Below, piece by piece: positions 36,796 through 46,519 of a DNA stretch of 64,000 bases. The stretch spans positions 295,877 to 359,876 of the forward strand of contig JBBUAP010000001.1 in NCBI GenBank assembly GCA_038058635.1, in the 5' to 3' direction. The number at the start of each line of letters is the position of its first letter. Positions within the stretch are counted from its first letter, which is position 1. Under the pieces are notes generated by a model that worked only from the letters and a program-made list of their open reading frames with translations, was not told the origin of the DNA and did no database searches. Source of the DNA: Patescibacteria group bacterium. GTDB taxonomy: Bacteria; Patescibacteriota; UBA1384; 2-12-FULL-50-11. The position numbers were made by a program, and so were the translations under genes.

Positions 36796-38887
36796 CTTTT
36801 TACTAGCACTTTTTGTTCTGTTAATCTTTCCCAGCGCTGCTTTCGCTCATGATTTTCATCAAAACGAGGGCCTGTTCTTTAACGCCAACATCGGGGTTTA
36901 TCGCCAGAAATCCGTTGACCGACCGTGGCAGTTAGCTTCGTTGCCAGAGACGGCGGTGATTAAGCAGTCGGTCAGTTTCGATGAGACAATTTATTTAGTA
37001 GTTGAAGTCGGCACCAAACAGTCGCTTTGGCGCCAACAAGATCGGCCGCTGCAGTTTGGTCGATTGAGTGGCGTCGATGAGGCCGATAATATCGCCATTA
37101 AAATAGTTGGTAGTCGGTTGGTAATTTTTTCTGCCAACGGTCTGACGGCCAAGACCCAGCTACTTAATTTAGCCGGCTCTTTGGTCAGTGCCCTGCCAGC
37201 GTTAATCGAATCAGCCGACCAATTATCTCGAGTGGTTGATGTGGCTGGTGAGCTTCATTATTTCCAACCATCTGGTTCGACAGTGCTAATCTGGCGCTAC
37301 GACAGCGGCTGGATTTCGGTTAACCAGCCGTCCTGCCAGAATTCCCAAGTCTTAACCACACCGATTGTCGGTCTGTTTTGCCAAAGTGGCTCGATTATTT
37401 ACCGCCAGTCCTTCGATAACTGGTTGATATTGGCCCTCGCCTCACTGAGACGAGTTTATAGCTCTGAATCGATATTAGGGGGCTGGGATTTGGTCGACGA
37501 GCATTTGTTTCATGTTTGGTCATCTGGCCAAGTGACATCAGTTCAACTACCAACCCTAGCCGCTAACTTGACCGATCAGGTAGTTGTGGTCGGTCGTCGA
37601 ATTTTACTACATCAAATTGATGGCAATTGGTTCGAGCTGAAGTGGCAGGAAAACTTGCCGGTCATCGCCGATATTTCTGGCTCGGCTGGTGGGGCAGTCG
37701 TTGGGCCAGGTGCGGGCGAGCAACTACTGATAAACAGTCTGCCGCCGCTCTTGTCGAATGCGACCGGTAACTGGCAGACGCTGACCGTGGTCGGTCCATT
37801 TAGCTCGGCTCGCCAAACCCCGCTCGGACTATTGATTTGGAACACCGGCTCGTTGACCCAATTTGCGCCGACCGGCTCAACCGTTTTTACCAAAGTTAAT
37901 CCTTGGTCATCGACGACTTCACCAATTCAAGCCGTCGAGATCGGCGCAACTAGTTTTGTCTCGGTGATTACCCAGTCCGGAACCGGCAATGTCAATCTTT
38001 ATAAGACGACCGACTTCACCCATTGGAGCCGGATCACCCTGCCAACCAAACCAACCTTTTCGCCAACTATTCTCGAGGCTCGCGCTCTAACGGCCGGCAG
38101 TTTGGTCGAGCTGTCGGGCGTCATTACAGTTGCCCCGAAAGTAGTCGACAGCGAAGTAGTCTATTTAGAAGATGCGACCGCCGGCATCCAAGTTTATCTA
38201 AATCAAACTAGCGGCGCTTTGCCGACAACCACTAAAATCAACGCCGTTGTCACCGGCGAAGTGAGCACCAGCCAAACCAAACGAGTCTTACTCGATACGC
38301 TGGCCGATTTGGAGTTGGGAGATACGACAACCTGGACCCCGCCAACTATCAACGCCGATCAAGTCATTGATTATCAGGGTCGGTTAGTGGGGCTGAAGGG
38401 ATCGGTAACCGATATTGAGACAGATTATCTGATGCTCGGGTCTTTGAAATTGCACTTCGTCGGCGCCAAAGGAGTTTTTCAGAAGGATGACCAAGCCCAG
38501 TGGCTCTCGGTGATTGACTGGAATTCCAGTAGCGGTAAGGTCGAGGCCTGGGCGACTTCGACTAATTACCAGCTGTTGAGCCGAGTTACGCCGTCAGTAC
38601 CACCGGTCGTTAGTCCGCCGACAGTAACTAGTACAACAACTGCCAGCTCGACAGTCAAAAAAACTAACGCGGTGACGAAAAAGACGACCAGTATCTCGGC
38701 TACCAATCCGACCGTCAAAACCGTTTCTAATCAATCCCAGCCAACCGACACTCCAGTTATTATGGCCGGTGTTCAAAGCCAAAATAATAGTAACGATAGT
38801 AAAACTATTTCGATGAGTGCTGTTAGCTTGTTGGCCGGACTAGTATCTTTCCGCGGTCGAAGATTTCGTCGTTGGCTACCAAACTAG
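36782..38887 (+). CDS. Large secreted/surface protein with OB-fold-like segments and Thr-rich stalk
   Basis: Signal peptide, VELSGVITV...YLEDATAGIQVY, YQGRLVGLKG, T-rich linker, hydrophobic plus basic C-terminus. Confidence 0.7.
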   Translation: MRKSSFLLALFVLLIFPSAAFAHDFHQNEGLFFNANIGVYRQKSVDRPWQLASLPETAVIKQSVSFDETIYLVVEVGTKQSLWRQQDRPLQFGRLSGVDEADNIAIKIVGSRLVIFSANGLTAKTQLLNLAGSLVSALPALIESADQLSRVVDVAGELHYFQPSGSTVLIWRYDSGWISVNQPSCQNSQVLTTPIVGLFCQSGSIIYRQSFDNWLILALASLRRVYSSESILGGWDLVDEHLFHVWSSGQVTSVQLPTLAANLTDQVVVVGRRILLHQIDGNWFELKWQENLPVIADISGSAGGAVVGPGAGEQLLINSLPPLLSNATGNWQTLTVVGPFSSARQTPLGLLIWNTGSLTQFAPTGSTVFTKVNPWSSTTSPIQAVEIGATSFVSVITQSGTGNVNLYKTTDFTHWSRITLPTKPTFSPTILEARALTAGSLVELSGVITVAPKVVDSEVVYLEDATAGIQVYLNQTSGALPTTTKINAVVTGEVSTSQTKRVLLDTLADLELGDTTTWTPPTINADQVIDYQGRLVGLKGSVTDIETDYLMLGSLKLHFVGAKGVFQKDDQAQWLSVIDWNSSSGKVEAWATSTNYQLLSRVTPSVPPVVSPPTVTSTTTASSTVKKTNAVTKKTTSISATNPTVKTVSNQSQPTDTPVIMAGVQSQNNSNDSKTISMSAVSLLAGLVSFRGRRFRRWLPN

Positions 38888-38891
38888 ATAC

Positions 38892-40046
38892 CTAAACAAT
38901 CGGATTGGTCGGGACGGCTTCGGTCGAGTGAGCCAGAAGATTAAAGACAGAGCCAACGCCTAGGAGGCAGAAAATAAAGCTGATGAAGGCGCCGATAATT
39001 GGTACGAATATCAGGAGCGCGCTAACCACTACTCCCAGCGCCACTGTCCCAATCGTCAGTTGGTAACCCGCCTCGCGCTTGAACAATCGATAGAGCCAAC
39101 TACCGAGCATTATCTTGCCGATGATCGAGCCGATCATCAGGGTTAAGAGCCAAACGACGAACACGATCCCGGCCAACCCGATGCCAACAATACTCATGGC
39201 CAAAACTATCACGGCGAAGATTGTTACAAGCATTGCGATCAAGCCGTAACCAATCGCCGACAGCGGGGAGCCGAAAGCAAAGTCGGCCACTTGACGCGTG
39301 GTTCGCGGCCAGAAACGGATGATTAACCATCCTAACAAGATGGCGCCAAGTATTCGCAGGAGATATCCAAGCGTAAAGGCAGTGCCGAAGAGAAAGCCAT
39401 ACTTATCAAATTGCGAGGCCTGGTATTGGGTGTAATTGGTTTGACCGGTCACAACGGCGCCGGTTTCGATTGAGGCCGACTTGTTCGATCGGTAATTAAA
39501 GTCGCCGTTAACCTTGGCTTTACTAGTCAGTCGGATATTGTCGGCGTGAATATTGGACGAGCCAACCGACCCTTCAAGGACGACCGAACCAGCAGTAATT
39601 TTCAATTCACCAACAATCTTACCGTTAATGGTGACAGTGCCGCTAGCTACATAAAGACCGCCCATAATCTCGGCCGAATCGGCGATAATTACATCCCCAC
39701 CAGCGATATAGACATCGCCCTCAACCTTGCCCGACAAGGTGACAGTCCCACCGGCAATTCTGACATGGCGCAAAACATGACTTCGAACCGTCACAGTGTC
39801 GCCAGCGATGAACAAGCTGTTGTCTACTTCGCCGTTAGCTAAAATCGTTTGACCGACGATCAATAAATCGCCCTTAATTTTGGCATCGGTGATAATATTC
39901 TTACCAGCCAAATGGAGATCTGTCGGTGTTTCCGTTTCATGGATAACAACCGATTCTTGGTTGGACCGAAATTCGGCTGCCTCGGCCGGCAAGATGAAGG
40001 CCCCAATCAGTAATCCAATGGCTAAAAGGCGCCAAATTGTTTTCAT
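38892..40046 (-). CDS. Bactofilin-like beta-helix repeat membrane protein
   Basis: Repeats GDLLIVGQTI/GDVYIAGGDV/GGLYVASGTV followed by about 5 TM helices. Confidence 0.8.
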   Translation of the reverse strand: MKTIWRLLAIGLLIGAFILPAEAAEFRSNQESVVIHETETPTDLHLAGKNIITDAKIKGDLLIVGQTILANGEVDNSLFIAGDTVTVRSHVLRHVRIAGGTVTLSGKVEGDVYIAGGDVIIADSAEIMGGLYVASGTVTINGKIVGELKITAGSVVLEGSVGSSNIHADNIRLTSKAKVNGDFNYRSNKSASIETGAVVTGQTNYTQYQASQFDKYGFLFGTAFTLGYLLRILGAILLGWLIIRFWPRTTRQVADFAFGSPLSAIGYGLIAMLVTIFAVIVLAMSIVGIGLAGIVFVVWLLTLMIGSIIGKIMLGSWLYRLFKREAGYQLTIGTVALGVVVSALLIFVPIIGAFISFIFCLLGVGSVFNLLAHSTEAVPTNPIV

Positions 40047-40111
40047 GCTTTTATCATATTCTTTTTGCCCCGAGTGGCAAGAGGGTTCTTTTCAGGTATA
40101 TTGAGCAAATC

Positions 40112-41038
40112 ATGGAGTTTTCCCGACAGGTTGTCTTAGAGCCGAGAGATATTTGGTGGGAGGAGGGCGGAGTTTTTAATCCGGCGGCCGTGGAGCTCGG
40201 CGGAAAAATCCACATGCTCTACCGGGCGGTTGGCAGTGATCACATCTCCAGATTCGGGTTGGCCATTTCGGAAGACGGCGAAACTTTTACCCGTTTCGAC
40301 CAACCGATTTTCGAAGGCGACCCCAACAACCCTTTTGAACGATTGGGGGTTAAAGACCCACGCGCCACCGTCATTGGCCGAGATATTTTTATTACTTACA
40401 CCGCCGTCTCAATTTACGAGGCCGGTACTAAACCAATCAACCAACCGCCTGATCCAACCCACACACCATGGAGAACCAGAGTCAGTATTCTCAAAACCCG
40501 AGATATGCGTTCCTTCCAAAAGCTAGGGGTCGTTCTGCCAGATATCGACAGCAAAGATGCCGTGATCGTGCCAGAGCGTCACCTCGGATTTTACTGGCTA
40601 ATCCACCGGGTAGACCCGAGTATTTTTATTGCTCGATCGCGAGATTTGAAAAAATGGGAAGGCAGCATCGAAATGATGACCGCCAAAGAACCCTGGGAGC
40701 AACTGAAAATTGGAGCCGCCTGTCCGCCGATTGAGGTTGAGGGCGGTTGGCTCCTGCTTTATCACGGCGTTTCATCAAATTACACCTATTCGGTCGGCGC
40801 CGCCCTACTGGCCCGCGAAAATCCGGCCGTTGTATTAAAGCGGGCCAAACACCCAATTATGTCACCACATTTTGATTGGGAGAAGCGTGGCGTGGTCAGT
40901 AATGTCGTTTTTCCGACCGGCGCGATTGTCAGTCACGGCAAAATCCATTTATATTATGGCGGGGCCGACAAAGTCGTTGGTTTGGCGAAGATTCCTCTTG
41001 AGAACATAATGCAGGCCCTAGAGCCTGACAACATCTAA
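40112..41038 (+). CDS. GH130-like glycosidase/phosphorylase
   Basis: GVFNPAA, MLYRAVG, KDPR, WLLLYHGV, NVVFPTG, YYGGAD. Confidence 0.9.
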   Translation: MEFSRQVVLEPRDIWWEEGGVFNPAAVELGGKIHMLYRAVGSDHISRFGLAISEDGETFTRFDQPIFEGDPNNPFERLGVKDPRATVIGRDIFITYTAVSIYEAGTKPINQPPDPTHTPWRTRVSILKTRDMRSFQKLGVVLPDIDSKDAVIVPERHLGFYWLIHRVDPSIFIARSRDLKKWEGSIEMMTAKEPWEQLKIGAACPPIEVEGGWLLLYHGVSSNYTYSVGAALLARENPAVVLKRAKHPIMSPHFDWEKRGVVSNVVFPTGAIVSHGKIHLYYGGADKVVGLAKIPLENIMQALEPDNI

Positions 41039-41241
41039 TGCCGAGGAAAAACATTCCCATTTCGAGCGAAAACCACGAAGACCGACGAACCGTATCGGGA
41101 TACGGTGAGGAGAGATGTCGTTTAACTCGTCTCTCACTAACCAGTTCGAGATGAGTGATTTGCAGCCGAAATCGGGGGATGTTTTAACCGGCAAGCAGCA
41201 TTGTTTTAGTTTGGATGTTGCGGTTAGATTTTGTCAGGATC
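41021..41241. mobile_element. MITE-like hairpin element B (221 bp)
   Basis: Terminal IR GAGCCTGACAACATCTAA / TTAGATTTTGTCAGGATC (2 mismatches), TA on both flanks, same inner core as element A. Confidence 0.8.
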
Positions 41242-41245
41242 TAAG

Positions 41246-41557
41246 ATGAGACTTAACTTCTCGCTGGTGACCGACCGTTATCAACAGCTAGCCAACAAAC
41301 GCCGGTTTTGGTGGGTGATCAGCACACTAGTTTTGGTCGGTTTATTTTGGTTGGCGCGAGTCGCCGAACCAACTAGTTTGATAGTCTACCAGCAACTAGT
41401 CGTTCTCTACGCGATCGATAGCGTACTCTTCTTTTTGACCGACCGCACCAATGCTAAGATGGGTGTGTTGACCTTAATTTTTCTAACCACCATGGAGGTG
41501 ATTGTGACTATATTCTACCTAATTAGCCTAACTGCCGGACCCCCAATTCTAATATGA
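41246..41557 (+). CDS. Small three-TM membrane protein
   Basis: Hydrophobic ORF with ATGA overlap to the GT2 gene. Confidence 0.7.
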   Translation: MRLNFSLVTDRYQQLANKRRFWWVISTLVLVGLFWLARVAEPTSLIVYQQLVVLYAIDSVLFFLTDRTNAKMGVLTLIFLTTMEVIVTIFYLISLTAGPPILI

Positions 41558-43065
41558 GTTTGAGCAGAAGGGCTTGGGAGATAATCCCCGGCCTAACAAC
41601 TTGGGTAACGATCGTTGGCTTACTATTGTTAGTCCGAATCTCTCCACATTTTGTTGCTACCTTCGTTCTGCTCTACGCAGTCTACTGGGTGGTGCGGATT
41701 ATTATTATGACTAGCTATCTAATAGCGGGTTTCTTTCGTTACCGTCGCGAACAGAAAATGGATTGGCAGGTACGCCTGAAGTCAGACTTTCCTGATCGCT
41801 GGGAAAAAATTTACCACTTAGCTTTTGTCCCTACCTATAAGGAAGATATCTCTATTTTGCGACATACTCTCGGAGCAATAAAAAATAGTAACTATCCGTG
41901 CGAAAAGTTAATCGTGGTTGTGGCCTTTGAGGAAAGAGAGAAGGAATTAGCCCCCGGATATGCGAAGACAATTTTGCACGAATTCGAACATGCATTTGGA
42001 GGATTACTAACAACTTTCCACCCCAGCGATATCCCAGGCGAAGTTCGAGGCAAGGGGCCAAACATCACTTGGGCAGCTAGGAGAGCCCTAGAGTACATAG
42101 ATAGTAAAAAAATTGGTCGTGACGATGTAGTGGTAACTACCTTAGACGCCGATAACAGAGTTGATAAAAACTATTTTGGCAATGTCTCTTGGGCGTTTTT
42201 GAAGGATCCTGATCCGCACCACAAGAGTTTTCAGCCCCTGCCGATGTTCTTCAATAACGTCTGGCAAGTTCCTTTGGCCGTAAAAATGACGGCGATGGGA
42301 TCTAGTTTCTGGCAGATGATCCAGGCAATGAGACCGCATCACGCTCGCAATTTTTCTGCCCACTCCCAAAGTCTAAAGGCCTTGGTCGAAACAGATTTTT
42401 GGTCTGTCGAAACAATTGTTGAGGATGGCCACCAGTACTGGCGGTCGTACTTTAAATTTAACGGTAACCATCACATTGTGCCGATCTTTGTACCGGTCTA
42501 TATGGACGCCGTTCAGGGCGAAAATATGTACCAGACTTTTCGCGAACAGTATATCCAGCGCCGTCGATGGTTTTGGGGGGTATCTGACGTACCGTATGTT
42601 TTTTCTCGTTCCTTTAGAAATGGCTCGATTCCATTTTTCTACAAATGGCTCCAGTTCGGTCGGTTATTTGAATCGCACTGGAGTTTGGCAACACAATCTT
42701 TTATTCTACTAATTGGTTGGTTGCCGGCAGTGCTAAATGTTAGTTTCCAAAACTCTGTCTTGGGCTACAATTTCCCGATCGTCTACCGAGGATTTTTGCT
42801 GGCTGCATGGATTGGAATGATCGCCAGTATGGCTATCGCCTCGCTGATTGTCCCACCCCGACCAGGCAGTCGAGCTCGCTACATCTTAACACTGGCAAAG
42901 GAGTGGATACTCGCACCGATCCTGCTGAGCGTGACGGCGATAGTTTTCTCTGCGCTACCGGCGATCGACTCACAAACTCGAATGATGTTTAACAAACCGT
43001 TCACCGTATTCAACGTCACTAAAAAATTTGCTGTGCCAAGCGGTGTAGTTCGTGTCGAGACCTAG
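41554..43065 (+). CDS. Membrane GT2 glycosyltransferase
   Basis: VPTYKE, GKGPN, TTLDAD, IVEDG, QRRRWFWG. Confidence 0.9.
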   Translation: MSLSRRAWEIIPGLTTWVTIVGLLLLVRISPHFVATFVLLYAVYWVVRIIIMTSYLIAGFFRYRREQKMDWQVRLKSDFPDRWEKIYHLAFVPTYKEDISILRHTLGAIKNSNYPCEKLIVVVAFEEREKELAPGYAKTILHEFEHAFGGLLTTFHPSDIPGEVRGKGPNITWAARRALEYIDSKKIGRDDVVVTTLDADNRVDKNYFGNVSWAFLKDPDPHHKSFQPLPMFFNNVWQVPLAVKMTAMGSSFWQMIQAMRPHHARNFSAHSQSLKALVETDFWSVETIVEDGHQYWRSYFKFNGNHHIVPIFVPVYMDAVQGENMYQTFREQYIQRRRWFWGVSDVPYVFSRSFRNGSIPFFYKWLQFGRLFESHWSLATQSFILLIGWLPAVLNVSFQNSVLGYNFPIVYRGFLLAAWIGMIASMAIASLIVPPRPGSRARYILTLAKEWILAPILLSVTAIVFSALPAIDSQTRMMFNKPFTVFNVTKKFAVPSGVVRVET

Positions 43066-43415
43066 TCAAAAGTCCAGCGTTTATTAGCTAGGAAATTCCA
43101 GAAAAAGACAACAAATATCGCCAGAAGTTTTGCGACTTTAAAATTCCAGTCAAAACTATCCGACAGAACGACAACGATAAGGTCGTTTAGTATCAAACCG
43201 ACAATAGCCAGCGTGATAAATCTGTAGAATTTGTTCCAGGTTAATTTTTGTTCGAAGGTCCAGAACGAATTAAATAAATAGTTGTTAACCGCTCCGACGA
43301 GAAATCCAGCGGTTGACGCCCAGATAAGTACCCAGCCAAAGGTTTGGTGGGTGACTATAAGAATTGTGTAGTCAAGCGCGGTTCCTATCACTCCAACACC
43401 AGCGAACCTCAGCAA
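43062..43415 (-). CDS. GtrA family flippase-like protein
   Basis: RFAGVGVIGTALDY, NYLFNSFWTF, WNFLANKRWTF. Confidence 0.92.
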   Translation of the reverse strand: MLRFAGVGVIGTALDYTILIVTHQTFGWVLIWASTAGFLVGAVNNYLFNSFWTFEQKLTWNKFYRFITLAIVGLILNDLIVVVLSDSFDWNFKVAKLLAIFVVFFWNFLANKRWTFD

Positions 43416-44170
43416 TAATCCGGCGTCCGACAGCCCGCTTTTTTGTAGCGGCCAAGCAGGGAGTTCCTTTTTATTGCCATCAGCTCAAACAGCGTTTTGA
43501 TAAACACCCGACTAGACTGGATCCTGGACTGTTCGTCGTTCTGCCAAGTTATTGGCACCTCTTTTATTTTGTAGCCGTGTTCTTTGGCAATACGCAATAT
43601 TTCCATATCGAAACCCCACCGCCAGATAGTTTGTAGCGCGAATATCTCCTGGGCGGCTCGGCGACTAAAAAGCTTGAAACCACACTGGGTGTCGTGAAGT
43701 CCAGGTAAGACTAGGAGCTGGACAAGGAGATTGCCCAATCGTCCCATCGCGATGCGGGGCACTCCCTGACGGATGGTGATGCGGCTGTCTTTGAGATATC
43801 TCGAGCCAATGATGACTTGATGACTGTCCGTCTGTCGGTGGAGATGCTCGAATTGATTAATTGGCGTTGAGTTGTCGGCGTCAGTAAATAATATCCACTC
43901 ACCTCGGGCGTTTTTCACCCCAAAGTTGACGGCATAGCCCTTGCCACGGTTGGTGCCGTAATTAATAACACGGCAATTTGGAAGATGGAGGCCTTCTACC
44001 ACTGTGGTGGTCTTGTCGCGGCTGCCATCATCAACTACTAAAATTTCGTACGTCTTTTTCCGCTCGTCAAAATATGCGGCAATTTCTTTGAGGGTTTTAG
44101 CGATCCTTTCCGCCTCGTTATAGGCCGGGACAACTACTGAGATCAGTGGAGATTCTATACCCATAGTCAA
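43409..44170 (-). CDS. Polyprenyl/dolichyl-phosphate glycosyltransferase (GT2)
   Basis: SVVVPAYNE, VVDDGSRD, NRGKG, FTDAD, DTQCGFKLF, FDMEIL. Confidence 0.93.
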   Translation of the reverse strand: MTMGIESPLISVVVPAYNEAERIAKTLKEIAAYFDERKKTYEILVVDDGSRDKTTTVVEGLHLPNCRVINYGTNRGKGYAVNFGVKNARGEWILFTDADNSTPINQFEHLHRQTDSHQVIIGSRYLKDSRITIRQGVPRIAMGRLGNLLVQLLVLPGLHDTQCGFKLFSRRAAQEIFALQTIWRWGFDMEILRIAKEHGYKIKEVPITWQNDEQSRIQSSRVFIKTLFELMAIKRNSLLGRYKKAGCRTPDYC

Positions 44171-45819
44171 TTCGTCAACCAGCAGCTAAAAAGCCCTGGG
44201 GCAATTTTCTCCAGGTCGATACAGTGCTCATTAAATGGAGGGAAGTTGTAAGCAGTGGCACCAAAGATTGCTAGTCCAGTCATTCCGGGTTGCCAATTTT
44301 CGATACTCTGGTAATTTTCCGCTCCAAGGTAGTAATCAAGCGATGACCTCCCCGCCCAGCTATAGTCAACGTAGGGCTTTTCGTTCGGGTGAGCGTCTAC
44401 GTATATTTTTATCCGCTTCAAGTCCTGTCCCCAGTCTAAGTTGGAGTCGGTGGCAATTTTATAACCATTTTTCGATCCACCAGCCAGTTCATTGAAGTAC
44501 CCCAGGTAGGTTGGGTAACTAAGTACAGAGGTGGCTAATAGCCAAGCGAGGAGCGCGAAAGTAGCCGTTCTAAATCGCTGATCAACTGTTACAGCCCAAG
44601 CACTCGCAAGAGTAAGTAGGGGGAAGATTGGCAAGATATGACGGACGCCTAGATTGGCCTTCGAGTCCATCGCTACTAGTAGGAAGACAGCCCCACTTGC
44701 TACCAGACCGATCACCAGGCTGGATCGCGGTTGTCTGGCGACAATTAAGTATGCCGCTCCGCCAAAAATAATCAGCATCGCTAATGGCGTTTTGAGCAGA
44801 AACAGAATCGGGAAGTAGTACCACCAACCAGTCAGCGATTCTTGGCCCAGTAGATATGAGATGTGACCATCGGAAGCGTGATCGATAACCAGAGACAGTC
44901 CTTTTAGGTAGTTTGCCGGCAAGAGTCTTGAAATCGAGCGACTCAGAGTATCGTCAGGGTCCATCTTTGGATCTGTGATCACAACAGGGTCGGGATTACT
45001 TGTCCTGACCATTTTATAGCCGCTCACATTATCGTGGAAACCAAACCCTGCCCAGACCAACGCCCAAACTAGTAATAAACCAACAGCGGATTTGAGTAAG
45101 ACCTGCCGCCAGTCAAACCCTCGCCGCTGTTGGATTAGTGATATCGCAAGCAGCACCAAGAAAGTCGGCAGTAAGATAATCGCCGTATGTTTTACGAGTA
45201 AGCTGAATCCGAAAGCTAGCGCCCAGAGTAAACTCCAGCGCCAAGTCGGTCGTTCAAGCAACTGCCAGAAGCTATAAACTGAGAGTAGGAAACCAAGACT
45301 GATAGCGATGTCGGTAGTTATCAGGTGGCCATGTCCGTTAACTATCGGGTTGAGGGTGTAGAGTGCGGTGGCCGTCAGGGCTGCCGTTGCCCCCCAATGC
45401 TTATATGCAATCCAAAAGATTACCAGACCAAGTAGAAGCGTTAATGCTACCATCGGCATCCGACCCCAAAACAATAGTTGGTCAGGGTTATTGCCGGCCT
45501 TATAGAGCATCGCCTCGCCGAAGGCCCGGTTTTCTTTCCAGGAGTCATAGGATAGATCGCTAGACTTGGCCCAAGCGTCCTCCATTTCGGTTGTTACATG
45601 TGGCTTGATTGCTAACAGAGGCAAAGCAGCCAATATCTTTACTAACGGAGGATGCTCAGGATTAAAACGCCAGTCACCGCGTGTTAGGTAGGTATATCCA
45701 GCAGATAAATGGACAGCTTCGTCGGTAGTTTGAGAATCTGTATCGGCTAGCTTAACCTGGATAATTGTTTGGATGACGAGAAGCAATAGCGCGCCGATTG
45801 CTAGCCATCGCTTCACCAT
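44167..45819 (-). CDS. GT-C fold (ArnT/PMT-like) glycosyltransferase
   Basis: TTDEAVHLSAG, NPEHPPLVK, many TMs, DSNLDWGQDL. Confidence 0.88.
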   Translation of the reverse strand: MVKRWLAIGALLLLVIQTIIQVKLADTDSQTTDEAVHLSAGYTYLTRGDWRFNPEHPPLVKILAALPLLAIKPHVTTEMEDAWAKSSDLSYDSWKENRAFGEAMLYKAGNNPDQLLFWGRMPMVALTLLLGLVIFWIAYKHWGATAALTATALYTLNPIVNGHGHLITTDIAISLGFLLSVYSFWQLLERPTWRWSLLWALAFGFSLLVKHTAIILLPTFLVLLAISLIQQRRGFDWRQVLLKSAVGLLLVWALVWAGFGFHDNVSGYKMVRTSNPDPVVITDPKMDPDDTLSRSISRLLPANYLKGLSLVIDHASDGHISYLLGQESLTGWWYYFPILFLLKTPLAMLIIFGGAAYLIVARQPRSSLVIGLVASGAVFLLVAMDSKANLGVRHILPIFPLLTLASAWAVTVDQRFRTATFALLAWLLATSVLSYPTYLGYFNELAGGSKNGYKIATDSNLDWGQDLKRIKIYVDAHPNEKPYVDYSWAGRSSLDYYLGAENYQSIENWQPGMTGLAIFGATAYNFPPFNEHCIDLEKIAPGLFSCWLTN

Positions 45820-45821
45820 TG

Positions 45822-46421
45822 TTAGTTGTTCTTGGAGTTGGTGACGAAAGCGTTTTGGGAGCAGAGAGTTGGGTTAGTCGAAAAGTCTTGGGCAATACAG
45901 AATAGACGGAGAAAGCCATCACGTTCATACTCGTCTACTAACTGGGAGATCGGGCCGATGTAATTAATGTTTTGGGTGCGTTCCATCCGTGCCATAAGAT
46001 AAAAACCGGTTTTACTGGAGTCTTTGGGGAGGCCGTAGTAGAGATATTGGCCGAAGGCGCTGGGGGCGCAGTCGCCGCTATTGATACTAAATTTGGCTGA
46101 AGGATCTTGAGGAATATTATCTAAATATTTTGGTGCTAAATATTTCCAAACTCCAGGGCTTTGACAACCATAATTGGCCTCCAACTGCCATGATGCTTGA
46201 GGTAAGTTTCTGCCATCTCTGCTGTCGAATAGCGGGTATTCTCGATTATCCAGGTAGAACTGTTCCAAGCCGTTGCGGATAAATTGCAAATCAGTAATTC
46301 GCTGGCTATCGCGTGATCGCGTTAGGGACGCGGCGTATGTATAGGCTCCTATCGACGCCAAAATTCCGATTATCGCCATAACAGTTAGAACTTCAATCAA
46401 TGTAAAACCTCGCAACCTCAT
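45822..46421 (-). CDS. Type IV pilin / pseudopilin-like protein
   Basis: Prepilin motif RGFTLIEVLTVMAIIGILA, RDSQRITDL, LEQFY, IPQDP. Confidence 0.92.
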   Translation of the reverse strand: MRLRGFTLIEVLTVMAIIGILASIGAYTYAASLTRSRDSQRITDLQFIRNGLEQFYLDNREYPLFDSRDGRNLPQASWQLEANYGCQSPGVWKYLAPKYLDNIPQDPSAKFSINSGDCAPSAFGQYLYYGLPKDSSKTGFYLMARMERTQNINYIGPISQLVDEYERDGFLRLFCIAQDFSTNPTLCSQNAFVTNSKNN

Positions 46422-46519
46422 CTCTTATAGATTACCGATTTTTTTGGTATTTGAAAATCAATCATAGAGAGGCAAGAAAATCCGTAAATTAGCAAACGCA
46501 ACTTTGGTGCTTGACTTGC

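Noticed and set aside
41148-41172. Hammerhead ribozyme in elements A and B (GATGAG...CGAAA)
   Set aside because: The required CUGANGA core is absent (GTGATGA and GAGATGA), and I could not build the three-way junction.
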